Source: Podarcis pityusensis (taxonomy: Eukaryota). From it: a DNA stretch of 64,000 nucleotides. This document shows positions 24,600 through 36,120 of this stretch, one piece after another; position 1 is the stretch's first letter, and the number at the start of each line of letters is the position of its first letter. The position numbers were made by a program, and so were the translations under genes. Under the pieces are notes generated by a model that worked only from the letters and a program-made list of their open reading frames with translations, did not search any database and was not told the DNA's origin. Where the stretch lies: the NCBI GenBank assembly GCA_964106645.2, contig OZ067042.1. One strand, given 5' to 3'.

Positions 24600-25933
24600 C
24601 CAGGAAGGTTACAGGGACCCCACCCTTGTACATCATCCTCTGGGAAGCTTGCACAGGCCCCTTTTAAAACGACGAGAGTTTTAATGGCAATTTAAGCTGA
24701 TGGTAGCCTTGTAAATAAACCCACAAAGGTCACTGGTATCTGGAGGAAGGAGGGTAACTGCATCAAGTCCTCTCCTGTGTGGAGTCTAACTGCCCTCAAG
24801 TCAGCTGTCTGAGGGAAGAACCATGTGGCAGGAACTGCTCTGTCAGCCTGACCTGGACATTGTCACTAACTCTGCCGCTGAATCAGATCTGGGGAGGAGG
24901 AGGTCCTTCAGGGGAGAAGACTGCTCTTCATCAAGGACAGAACAGTCAAAACTGCCCCTGAAATTGGCGCAGCTTTAGGAGCTTGCATTCCCTTCCTCCC
25001 TCCCATTCCTTTTTCCTCATGTGTAGTGTCTTTGTAGATTGTGAGCCTGAGGGTGCGGAGTCGGTCCATATTTATGCTGAGCACCAAAGAGGGGGCTTGC
25101 CCCTTCTTGTATCCTCTTTGGTTTCTATGCTGGGCAGAGAGGAGGGATGGAGTACTCTATCAGCCTGTTCCCTGCATGCAAGTCCTTGTTGCCCAGGCTA
25201 ATGCTTAAATATAAAGATGCCCTCAAGTGTCAAATAACCAATCCTCTCTGCAACTTGCCTACAGTAAAAGAATGCCTCCACATAAGAATTGGATGCTGAA
25301 GAGTTGATCTCACAGCAGCTCCAGTCACCTCTTGGCAGTGGTGGAAGTGAAACAAATCTTTTGCATGAGCTATTGTATTAGAGTTTCTTTCAGTAAAAAT
25401 AAAAAAGCAACATCTATTATAGTCATATCTGAAATTTCGTGGTAAGCTTGGTAGAGAAAGTGGCAATTTGAAAAATGTAGAGTTGGCTCCTGTGAACTTC
25501 CACAAGAATGGGCAGTCCACAATGTCAGTTCCTATTAAACACAGCTATATGGATGTATGGATACCTGGTAATGCACACTATGAGACAAAGGAACATCATC
25601 ATCTTCGGGTTGATATAGTCAGTGCCGCCATTCACATCTGTGCAATGCTACGTGTGCTTGCTCAATGATGTTTTTCTCACAGGTAAGAGGAACAGAGACA
25701 TGGTGTATATAAGCAAAATTTAAAATAAAAATAAAAATCAAGAATTATTTAAGACACAAAGATTTTCACTAATGCAATGGGAATTCCCTCCCTTCTCCCC
25801 CCATGCACATTCCATGCCTTCCCCAGATCTGCTTTAGAGGGTTAGGAGAACACCCGGTACAGATTATGGGTGTGTGCAGGGGGTGGAGAAGGGAAGAGGG
25901 CTCCACCGCAAAAAGAAAACCCTTTGTGCTGAC

Positions 25934-26749
25934 TAAATATGACATAATAGGCATCACTGAAACCTGGTGGGATAAGTCCCATGATTGGAATGTAATAATG
26001 GAGGGATACAATCTATTTCAGAGAAACAGACCAGACAAGAAAGGAGGAGGAGTGGCGTTATATGTCAGGGATGTGTATACCTGTGAAGAGATCCAAGATT
26101 TAGAACCTCAAAGCCAAAGTGAGAGTATTTGGGTCAAAATTAAGGGAGAGAAGAATAACAGTGACCTCATTGTGGGAGTTTACTATAGATCCCCAAGCCA
26201 AACGGATAATAGTGCCACTGTATTCTGCTCTGGTCAGACCTCACCTGGAGTACTGTGTCCAGTTCTGGGCACCACAGTTCAAGAAGGACACTGACAAACT
26301 GGAACGTGTCCAGAGGAGGGCAACCAAAATGGTCAAAGGCCTGGAAACGATGCCTTATGAGGAACGGCTACGGGAGCTGGGCATGTTTAGCCTGGAGAAG
26401 AGGAGGTTGAGGGGTGATATGATAGCCATGTTCAAATATATAAAGGGATGTCACATAGAGGAGGGAGAAAGGTTGTTTTCTGCTGCTCCAGAGAAGCGGA
26501 CACGGAGCAATGGATCCAAACTACAAGAAAGAAGATTCCACCTAAACATTAGGAAGAACTTCCTGACAGTAAGAGCTGTTCGACAGTGGAATTTGCTGCC
26601 AAGGAGTGTGGTGGAGTCTCCTTCTTTGGAGGTCTTTAAGCAGAGGCTTGACAACCATATGTCAGGAGTGCTCTGATGGTGTTTCCTGCTTGGCAGGGGG
26701 TTGGACTCGATGGCCCTTGTGGTCTCTTCCAACTCTATGATTCTATGAT
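25934..26749 (+). mobile_element. CR1 LINE, internally deleted (endonuclease fragment joined to the ORF2 C-terminus and 3'UTR)
   Basis: KYDIIGITETWWD...GGGVALYV...VGVYYRSP (APE endonuclease) abuts [20 protein letters not shown]...; (ATTCTATG)n-type tail. Confidence 0.92.
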
Positions 26750-26799
26750 CTTAATTACACCCCTTGTCCTGAAATTCAAATTCAAATGCCGAGGGATAC

Positions 26800-27303
26800 T
26801 GTCAGGAATAAGTCAGCTCCTAGCGAAGGTTTGCAGCCAACTGCAGAGAGCAGCCAGGAACAGAGAGGCTTAGATGTTAGTCAGGCAGGGGAGAGCCAAC
26901 AGCTGCAGACTTCAGCTCTTCCTGACCTTGATGGGCAAGCTGATAAGGCAGTAGCTGAGAGCAGGCTGGAACACAGCCAAAGCTCTCAGGAAGTTCCAAC
27001 AGGCGCACACAGACACAGAAACAGTCTCTTGGAAAAGGAAGAGGCTAGAGCTGATCCAATAAGTCCGAAGAGTCGGCATATGGGAGGGCTGTTAGACAGG
27101 AAACAAAACAAGAGACATAAGGTGAGGAAGTTCAATATCTTCTGCAGAAACCAGAAGGAATCTTCAGAAGGGTCATCTTGAGTAATGATGCCAGAGGCTT
27201 TGTTAGAGTCGTCTGGAGCTAGTTGTTTGTTTTTGCAATAAATCCTCCTTTTTAATTACCTACGCTTACTGTGTTATCAAGTTGGGAACCTGGACTCCCA
27301 ACA
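26800..27303 (+). mobile_element. Solo LTR (Gypsy-like)
   Basis: TGTCAGGA ... TCCCAACA imperfect inverted ends; TSD GATAC/GATAA; AATAAA at 27237-27242. Confidence 0.6.
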
Positions 27304-27725
27304 GATAAAGTGTGAAATTTTGTAACATCATGCTTCTTTTAATTAAAGAAACCCAGAAGATATTAAAAAGTGGGGACACAATCAGAACTCCCATCCCATA
27401 CAGAAGGTGAGGAGCCCACCCACAAGGAGAATAGGAAGCTGGAGGCAGGGGGAGTTGGTTGACAGCAGAAGGAAAACTCCAAAAAGGAGCCTTCCCTGGA
27501 GTGCAGGGAAGTCCATCCTCCCTGCTACTGCTTTGCCCAACCATCACCCCATTCATGCAGCTTCCCTCAACTACAGAGCCACACATCTGATGGATCTCTG
27601 GCAGGGATGAGGAAGGAATACCCTATAACAGCCAATCTCATTCTTCTTCCCCAAGTCACAGTTTCAGCATTGGCTTTGTCTTCCTTCTCTGTGGTGGGGC
27701 TCCAAATCATAGCCATAGAATCGTT

Positions 27726-27739
27726 GTTTGTTTGTTTGT

Positions 27740-27776
<37 letters not shown>
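27726..27776. repeat. (TTTG)n(CTTG)n microsatellite
   Basis: Direct reading. Confidence 0.9.
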
Positions 27777-27777
<1 letters not shown>

Positions 27778-28925
27778 TAAAGTTGATGTCTGGGGGAAGC
27801 CCAGAGGTGTCAGGGTTGTTTGTGGATCCTAGCCTGATCCTGTAGAGAACTTAAATGAATCTTGCTGAATTTCATCGAATACGGCAACCAGAGTTTTCTT
27901 GCACTTTTTCCCAAAGTACAATTACTGCTGCTTTCCAAGCTACTACAGTGCACCTTTCCCCCTCTAACACACTGGATTTCTTCTTCCTCTTTATTGACCT
28001 CTATGTCTTTACTTGTACACATTTCAAAATAAGTATCTATAGCAATATGTGGTGTGTGTGTGTGCGTGTGTGCGTGTGTGTTTCTAAATCCTGCAGGGCT
28101 GATGAGACTTCAATATGAAAGCCAGGCAATTCATAAATGTAGAAAGCTGCAACGCTCCACCTGCAGGCATCGTTAGCTGGCAATGATGGGGATGATAGAA
28201 GTGATGGGAACAGTGACTGAACTCTGACCTTATCGATCGGAGCCACCTCTAACCAGCTGAGTTGCTCCGGCCCAGTCAGCTGAAAAGGAATTTAAAGGGT
28301 AGTCATCTTCCCTGTTCGACTCGCCTGTCATTAATAATGTTTTCATCCATGACAGTGATAAACACACGGTACTTGAAGAGAGTTTATTAAGGTCAGTCTA
28401 TAAATAAAAATTAAAATTTTTAAAAAATGGGTTTACACAGATGAACAGATGGATGGATAAAGTGATTGGGAAAACAATAAATATGAAAATGGACAGATGG
28501 ATAAAGTATCTGGCAGCATTCTTTCAAAAAGAAAGAAAGAAAACCACTGCCCGTACCTCAAAGAACTGGCAGCATCAGACAATACCCTTCTGTCCCCTAA
28601 AAAAGAAATAGATTTAATGAAGCTGCTTCAGAACTTATAGGCTTTGTGGATCTATCGCCTGACTAATATTTTGTCATTTAATGCCAATTCTCTGATCTGA
28701 TAAAAAGGATTGCAGCCATTTTTCTATGTCAGGTATATAATTGAGTGCTACTAAAATTTAAATGTCTCATCTGTCCTTGGATTAAATACTGAAGACCTTA
28801 AAACCTGTGAGTTTTACTTCATATAAGATACAATCAAATATAGTGACTACTTCTAGTTCAGCACCTCAGAAGGGACCAAAAAATAAATAAATGCATTTTT
28901 AGCAGAGTATGAAGTCTGTTGGGGG

Positions 28926-29061
28926 ACGAGATGGTTGGACAGTGTTCTCGAAGCTACTAAAATGAGTTTGACAAAACTGCAGGAGGCAGTGGAAGACAGG
29001 AGTGCCTGGCATGCTCTGGCCCATGGGATCACAAAGAGTTGGACATGACTAAACAACAACA
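28926..29061 (+). mobile_element. BovB/RTE LINE 3' end, 5'-truncated
   Basis: GCAGTGGAAGACAGG..GCCTGGC.TGCT..G.CCATGGG.TCACAAAGAGTTGGACA.GACT followed by (AAC)n; 14-bp TSD AAGTCT(G/A)TTGGGGG at 28912 and 29062. Confidence 0.85.
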
Positions 29062-29339
29062 AAGTCTATTGGGGGCGGGGAGAGAACCCTATGCCTATTA
29101 CTTAAGCTCCAAAATCAAGATGTCATTTAAACCATAGAGCTTTTTCCTCTCTCCATTACTTGGAATGCAGGTCAGTTCCACCTGTTCCAACCTCTACTTA
29201 ATTCCAAATGAATGTGCTTCAGATGTCATGTGATAAAATTTCTCCAAAAATATTGCAGCAATCTGCAAATTAAATGGCTACTCAGATCCTCAGGAGGTGG
29301 TTATTTGGAAGTCTCGTGAAACAGCTGAAGACTTAGGCT

Positions 29340-29581
29340 CACTGGCGGAGGAAGAGGAGTGCGGGGGGAGCGCACTGCCCCCGGCAGCGCGACCCCAGTG
29401 GGGTGCCATCATGGCTGTCCCCCTGTCTGCGCTGGGCACCAAGCCCCCACAAGTGGCATGTCATGCCCCCGGGATGCGTGCCGCGCCCCTGCGGGCAGCG
29501 CACCACGCCCCCAGGACGCGCGCCAGCCCCGCCCTCACCTGCTCTCCGCCCCCGGTGCTGGAGCATGAAGCTCCGCCACTG
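29340..29581. mobile_element. GC/CpG-rich hAT MITE
   Basis: TIR CACTGGCGGAG ... CTCCGCCACTG; perfect 8-bp TSD CTTAGGCT (29332-29339, 29582-29589). Confidence 0.88.
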
Positions 29582-29643
29582 CTTAGGCTTCCATAAATAC
29601 CACTGGAATCACTGGAACCAAAGAGCTTAACTGTGCCCTCAAC

Positions 29644-29735
29644 AGCCCAATCCTATGCATGTTTACTCAGAAGTGGGACACATCATGTTTAATGGGGCTT
29701 ACTTCCAAGTAAGTGAACATAAGCTTGCAATCTAA
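29644..29735. repeat. Short palindromic MITE-like repeat, with related decayed copies near 33575, 47040, 55710 and 62705
   Basis: Imperfect hairpin CAATCCTATGCATGTTTACT ... AGTAAGTGAACATAAGCTTG recurring in the window. Confidence 0.55.
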
Positions 29736-29750
29736 GGCACATTGTACGTA

Positions 29751-30001
29751 CAGTGGTACCTCTGGATACGAATGGGATCCGTTCCGGAGCCCCGTTCACA
29801 TCTAGAAGCAAATGTAACTAGTGACAGCACGTCTGCGCACATGGGCGTCACTTTTCACCGCTTCTGCGCATGTGCGTGACATCATTTTGAGCGTCTACGC
29901 ATGCGCAAGTGGCAAAACCCAGAAGTAACGCGCTCCGGGTTGCCGCGGAGCGCAACTCGAACGCGCTCAACCCGAAGCGCATTCAACCTGAGGTATGACT
30001 G
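29751..30001. mobile_element. Tc1/mariner-type MITE with CpG-rich interior
   Basis: TA-CAGTGGTACCTC ... GAGGTATGACTG-TA. Confidence 0.82.
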
Positions 30002-30442
30002 TACACAAAACTATAACTGGATTGTCCCCCAGGAAGTGAATTCTCTCTTTGGATGACTGTGGGTAGTGTAGGGCACAAGACACAAAGCACTACCACTTAT
30101 TCCACAGCAGGGGCAATGACCTCATCTCTATTGATGTCATTTTCTGAGCCTCTGCATGCCAAGAAAATAAGCTCTTCTGAAAGATAAAAACCAAACAGGC
30201 TAAGGAGAGGAAGAGGGGAGACTGTATCAGCATGCGTTGCTAAAGGTAAAAGTTCCCAGTGGAAACGCAGGCCAAAGGGGCATGCTTGAATGAAGGAGCT
30301 CAGCAGGATTCAGTTTCCCTGGATTGTGTCCCACCTCCAAGCCTAGCCACCCAATCACAACAACATGCTGCAGCTACAGAAAATGCCATCCTCGTGTTGG
30401 TGTCCATCCACTTCTGCCTGTGGTGAGATGGCTGTGCAGATC

Positions 30443-30822
30443 TGTTATGTACTAAGTTGAATAGGATCCAAAATGCAGCAGTCTGATTGGTCCTAGAACA
30501 ATAGGATTCAGAATGCAGCAGTCTGATTGGTCCTAGAACAATAGGAATTTAGAATGCAGCAGTCTGATTGGTCCTAGAACAATAGGAATTTAGAATGCAG
30601 CAGTCTGACTGGTCCACAGGAGCCACCCAATCCAGCTCCAGGTGGAAGGGAATCCACAACCTGATTGCCCTACAGGAGAATCCCGGAATTAGCCAATCAC
30701 ATGGGGCCCCTTGTGTAAATAATGTATATAAAGCAGACATTCTGGGGGAACTTCCATTCCTCCTCACCGCTATGAGCTGAATAAAAAGCATGAAATCCAC
30801 ACTTGACTCCGAGTATATTTCA
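30443..30822 (+). mobile_element. Solo LTR with an internal 40-41 bp tandem array
   Basis: TGTTATGTACT ... TTTCA; TSD AGATC/GGATC; TATATAAA near 30726; AATAAA 30780-30785. Confidence 0.85.
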
Positions 30823-30872
30823 GGATCAGCAAACGTGTGCAGGGGTTTGATTTGGGCATATTCCTAAGTAGA

Positions 30873-31045
30873 TAAGAAGAGCCTAGCCAGATCAGTCAGA
30901 GGCCTGGCTGGTCCAGCATCCTGTTCTCACAGTGATCAACCAGATGCTTTTGGGAAGTCTACAAGCAGGGCTCAAGCACAAAAGCACTCTGCCCAGCTTT
31001 GATTTCCAGCAATTGGTGCACAGAGCCCTACTGCCTTTGATAGCA
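30873..31045 (-). mobile_element. Old CR1-type 3' end fragment
   Basis: Reverse-complement similarity to the decayed CR1 tails at ~35100-35217 and ~39870-40020. Confidence 0.5.
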
Positions 31046-32290
31046 AAGGTAGAACATAGCCCTCACTCAAAGAGCAATATTTGCAGCAGCATGTCTAAAA
31101 CCTAACACACTTGTGACTGTGCGCTGGGAACCAACACAAGCAGGTTTGTCTGCACGGCTGAGGTGGTTGAGAGAAGAGATCCGCAATGACAGCTCGGCCC
31201 ATTATTGTTTCCTTTTAAACACTAGTTATGCCTTTCTTCTGCTGTGACTCGTGACAACGCTTTGATTAAGCCAGAAAGGGTCTGTCTGTATTGCAATGCC
31301 CTTGTTATGTGCATAGTTCTGGGGTGTCTGCGAATGTTGTACAGCTCCTACCTTCCAGCTGTCAAAAACATTAAATTCACACCATATATTCTATCGTAAA
31401 AACAGAGTTAAGAGGGCGAACCCTTTTTTTCCTAGACAAACTTTTGAGAACACATTGGCTCATTTGACAGAGTATAGAGCAGAACGCTGTCATTTTCTGC
31501 TCAGGGTGCCTCTTTTAAGTATTCCTTCTTGCTGCTGCTCCATGGCAGTTCTTTGCTGAGACATGGCTTGTAGACTTGTTCATTCATCAGCTGAAGCTGA
31601 CAGGTGCAGGAGGGCGGGGGAATGTAGCAAACAATGTATTTACATCATACTGAACAATAGATTTTGAACTTCGGTAGCACAATCAGAAGAGGTTTAAGAG
31701 ACACTGAAGTTAATGGGACTGAAGTGCTTAAGTCCCATTGACTTTAAAAGTAATAATAATTGGAAGTAGTCTTCCAAATGCTGTTGTTGTAATATGAGGT
31801 GGGGTAGTGGTAATAAATCAGATGGTGGTGTCATTTCAACAAACGCTCCCATTGGGGCAGAATCACAACTGACGCGGCAGTGTCCACATCAGGATTCCAA
31901 GCAGCTGGTAAGCGATTGGCTCTGCCAACTGAGACTCTAGCATGCTTTTGCTTGTGGGGAAGGTTACCACACTAGTATCATCTATTGGTTGGGATCAGTG
32001 ACATGAGATACAAAGTGTTACAAGTCCTTCTCCTGCACTCCTTTGAATTAGCCCCTCCTGGCACTAGACAAAAAATGCTGCTCTCCCCCCCCCCACCTGC
32101 TAGCATATGTGCTTGTTTTGTTTTAGGTAGAGGTACAGGGATGATTGGCTGAGATTTGGCTTCCCCAAGGGCCACAGCATGTCAGCACATGTCTCTCCCG
32201 TTCATTTGTTTGTTTGTTTGTTTGTTAACCAAAAAGGCTTTCCCTCATTCTTGACAAATTTCCATCCTGTCACAAACTATGCAGTAGGGG

Positions 32291-32292
32291 TA

Positions 32293-32333
<41 letters not shown>

Positions 32334-32806
32334 TTATTATTTAGACCAGGCATAGGCAAACTCCGGCCCTCCAGATGTTTGGGACTACAATTCCCATCAT
32401 CCCTAGCTAACAGGACCAGTGGTCAGGGATGATGGGAATTGTAGTCCCAAACATCTGGAGGGCCAGAGTTTGCCTATGCCTGATTTAGACCCCGCCCATC
32501 TGGCTGGGTATCCCCAGCCACTCTGGGCGGCTTCCAACAAAGATTAAAAATACATTAAAACCTCAGTCATTAAAAACTTCCCTAAACAGGGCTGCCTTCA
32601 GATGTCTTCTAAACATCAGATAGTTGTTTATCTCTTTGACATCTGATGGGAGGGTGTTCCACAGGGCGGGTGCCACTACCGAGAAGGCCCTCTGCCTGGT
32701 TCCCTGTAACTTGGCTTCTCGCAGCGAGGGAACTGCCAAAAGGTCCTCGGTGCTGGACCTCAGTGTCCAGGCTGAACAGTGGGAGTGGAGATGCTCCTTC
32801 AGGTAT
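32291..32806 (-). mobile_element. L2 LINE 3' end with (TAA)n tail, interrupted by a hAT MITE
   Basis: Minus-strand ORF ...RAFSVVAPALWNTLP..VK....FRRHLKAALFREVF is a typical L2 ORF2 C-terminus; 3'UTR stem-loop and simple-repeat tail. Confidence 0.82.
32347..32482. mobile_element. 136-bp fold-back hAT MITE
   Basis: 58-bp inverted arms (1 mismatch) around a 20-nt loop; perfect 8-bp TSD ATTTAGAC. Confidence 0.93.
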
Positions 32807-33849
32807 AAGAGTGTGCAAGCGATTCTTTTGACAGGATGAGTGTGCAAGTTATTTCCCCTCTCCAATTTGAAAATGCATTCGTTTTCATCTCTGAAAGCCC
32901 CCTTCATATCATTTTTCCTTGCTTGAAATCCCCCTTCTTTTGTATTTCCTTAGATGGATAAATGCATCTCTCTTTGGTGTCCCCTTTTTGCCACCTCAGA
33001 CATCCTTGTAAGTCCCTTTAAATCAAGAGGCATCTGCTCATGTGTTCAGGATCGTCCCTTAGATGGCCATTAAGGGTGCTTGTGTGGCACTTGGGAAGAA
33101 GAGGGTATAAGTAAATTCAAGAAAGACCTTCCTTCCACCCACCCAAGAAATATACAGGTTTAGAAATTTGTTTCTTTGGAGACTTGTATAAAGAAAGTCA
33201 CATTTCAGGAGCGGTGCCCTGTGAACAATAAAATATTGTCACTCTGCAGTGACTGCTGATGAGAAATATTGGTATCATAAAGTAAGATGAAATCTTTAGT
33301 TTTAGTTTCAAACAGCTGTATTTCCCCAAAGAACCCTTCAAAAATATTAAGGGGAACATTGTTGAAAGTCTCAGCGTGAATTTCAATGAGATTTAGGCTC
33401 CAATCCCCAAAGTATTTTTTGCTGACAGGAGCCCTCTGAGAATTAGCTGTGTCTGGCTCATAAGTCTTCTTCTGTAAATAGCTCCAAGTTTTTCCCTCTC
33501 CCAAGGATGCCTTATATAGATATAACGGAGTCAGTATTTGGGTGGTGTGAGTATGTTTGGGACCAGGTAACCCATTAACAGACCATCTTTTGCATGTCTG
33601 CTCCAAAGTAAGCCCTAATGGGTTCAGTGGGATTCAGCCCTTGGGAAGTGTGCATAGGATTACAGTTTGGGTATCCCAACCCAAGCATATCTATGTAATA
33701 CATTTCTGGATTTTCCAGGCTGCGGACATACATGATATTAAGATACTCATTACTGGGATACAGACTAGGACACAGCCTGTGGATGTTCAGAAGAATCACT
33801 ATTGGGTCAAAATTACCATCCACATTTCACAAGAGCTCAAATTAGAGCC

Positions 33850-34243
33850 ATATGCAATTCAGTCTGCATTTAAAGGGAAATCAACCTAATACCCACTTTC
33901 TGAAATTACCAAAACATTTTTCAAAATTCGCATTTTCTGAATTCTGCAGTGCAGTCCTCCAGCCAAGTAACATGTACAAAAATGCATACACTAAGGCAAA
34001 GTGTGCATTAAAAAAATATGCACAATCGTTCAAATGCCACACAAAAATGCCATGGATTGGGGGAGATTGCATAGTAAACATACGTAAATTAGGCAAAATT
34101 GCCATTAAAAATGCATATATTGGGAGGATATTGCACTAAAACGCTGATGAATCGTGAACTCGTGTGGAAAGGCAGAGAACTGGACTTAAGACTGGGAAAA
34201 TAAGAAGCTGAGAAAAAGCAGAATTGACTGATTCAGCCATGCC
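33850..34243 (-). repeat. Unclassified interspersed repeat (same family as 2340-2698)
   Basis: Inverted similarity to 2340-2698. Confidence 0.6.
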
Positions 34244-34849
34244 TACTATCAAGAGGTGCTTTTGTGTGTACTGTTGCATGTGAGTAGGTGCACCTGTGTG
34301 CACACAAAGGGAGTGGGGAGCTGAGGGTGCAGGACAAGTGGTCCTCACCATTCTGCACTTTCCCACGCATACCTTCTATGCATGCACATCAAAAGGGTGC
34401 AGCCAGTGACACACACACTGTTGGGGACAAAGGCAACAGCACAGTTTCACCGCCCCCTTCTATGCATGCAGAAACCATGAAGCAGAGGAGGTTTGCTCAC
34501 ACATTACACGGGTACAAGCAGTCTCTACACATGTTCAGGAGTGTGAAGAGTGTACACTTGTTGCTTTGTACAGCTCACCTTTTGTGTACACAGATGCCCA
34601 GGCCCATGGTCTTTTCCACGTGAATAAATATACGAGTGTACAGCTCAACTATTGGGGACGGAGATTGGATGCAACATGTGAACATTTCTTATGTGATTGT
34701 TCCTCAAGGATGTTCTTTTGGTTAATCAGCCTTTCTTGCCTTTTAAGTCGACAAAGAATAGCCTACGAGATTGTAAGACTATAATTAAAATTATGCATGA
34801 TGTAGAGAAAGTGGGGAGAGAGAGAAGTATTTCTCCCAATCTCAAAAAA

Positions 34850-35220
34850 ACTCGTGCCCAGTGAACGAATGTTGGAAGATTCAAGACAGATGAAAAGGTA
34901 GGAAAATAAGTATAGGCATCACTTCTTTATACAGTGCACAGTTAAACTATGACATTAGCTCCCTGCAAGGTATCATGATGGCCGCCAAGTTGGACGGCTT
35001 TAAGAGAAATTAATGGCGGATAAAGCTCTCAAAACAGCTATGTTTGCTGTCAGAGGCAGTATGCCTTTGAGTATCAGTTGTAAGGGAGCAGAAGTTGAAA
35101 GAGTGCAGTTGTGCTCAGGTCCTTCTTGCAGACTTCCCATAGGCATTGGGTTGGCTGCTGTGAAAATGGGATGCTGAATTTGATTGGTCTTTGATCTGAT
35201 CCAGCCTGGCTCTTCTCAAG
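34850..35220 (+). mobile_element. Old CR1-type LINE 3' fragment
   Basis: Decayed AGATTCA.GACAGA..AAAGG and TTGGA.GGCTTTAA.AGA motifs; ends in a GATCCAGC..GGCTCTTCT tail. Confidence 0.55.
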
Positions 35221-35339
35221 TTCAAAGTAAGCCAATGCAGTAATACTGGTGGCGGTAGACTCAGGCAGCAATGAGGACTGAGGTGCTTCAAGCAGGTACC
35301 TGCTTTCATATGTGGAATGTTGGCGGGCTTGACTCTCTC

Positions 35340-36120
35340 CAGTGTCTTAATAATCTGTTTGAAAAAGCCATGCAGGCTTTCAACATCCCTGTGATGAAAT
35401 GAAACCGCTTAGCAAACCCCAAAATAATACACTTATCTGATAAACAGAAACATTGGTTTGTTTACGACAGACAGCTGACTTTACTTTCCCTGCCTGTGAC
35501 TGCACACAATTTGTTTATGATGATTGCACAGAAAGAAGCAAACACTCCGGAAAACTAAACCACTGACACAGCAAAAGCCAGAGAGAGAGAGAGAGAAAAT
35601 TCGCTCATCAGGTATTACGTTGAAATGATTTGAAAATATACAGCATCTGTTTAATGTTTAAAGCAAAAGAAAGTAGGAAAGTAACTGAGCATGAGATAGC
35701 TTTCAATAAATAATCACGGAATAAATAGGTAAATACGCATGGGAGCACTGTAAATGCACGAGTAGTTTGGTGCCAATAAAATGTGAAAGATAAAAATAAA
35801 ATACAATATAGCTGCAAAAGTATTTGTATAAATCATGGAAATGTGCAGGAAGGAGAGAGAGAGAGCCATGCACAATCCAGATCAGGTAATGCAAGGAATA
35901 TAATGCCAGCAACAAATAATGCATCAAGAAGTGTGAAGCAGCCAGCCCATCTGAACCACAGCGCTTCTAGAGGTGACATTTTACAAATCTTATGCTTTTA
36001 ACTGCAAATGGGCAATGTGCAGCTACAATATAATAAAAACTGGGATCAGTGGTCATTTTAAACGGGGGACATGCTTTGGATTTTCAATTCCTTTATTCAT
36101 TCCCAGTAATTGTTGCAAAT
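35340..36120. promoter_or_regulatory. Candidate conserved non-coding element or enhancer
   Basis: No recognisable TE; palindromic double GATA CTTATCTGATAA at 35432, FOX sites at 35459, 35512 and 35729, E-box at 35472. Conservation not verified. Confidence 0.35.

Noticed and set aside
25803-26676. 163-aa and 185-aa ORFs as host genes
   Set aside because: CR1 ORF2 fragments, out of frame with each other and lacking the RT core.
28099-28135. CTGATGA...GAAA as a possible hammerhead core
   Set aside because: The intervening GACTTCAATAT cannot form stem II, and no stem I or III is evident.
29297-29630. GC-rich region with overlapping ORFs; possible CpG-island promoter or HMX3 exon
   Set aside because: Bounded exactly by hAT TIRs and an 8-bp TSD; no homeodomain in any listed frame.
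30460-30615. Direct-repeat array superficially like a CRISPR array
   Set aside because: Units are head-to-tail with no unique spacers, lie inside a eukaryotic LTR, and there are no cas genes.
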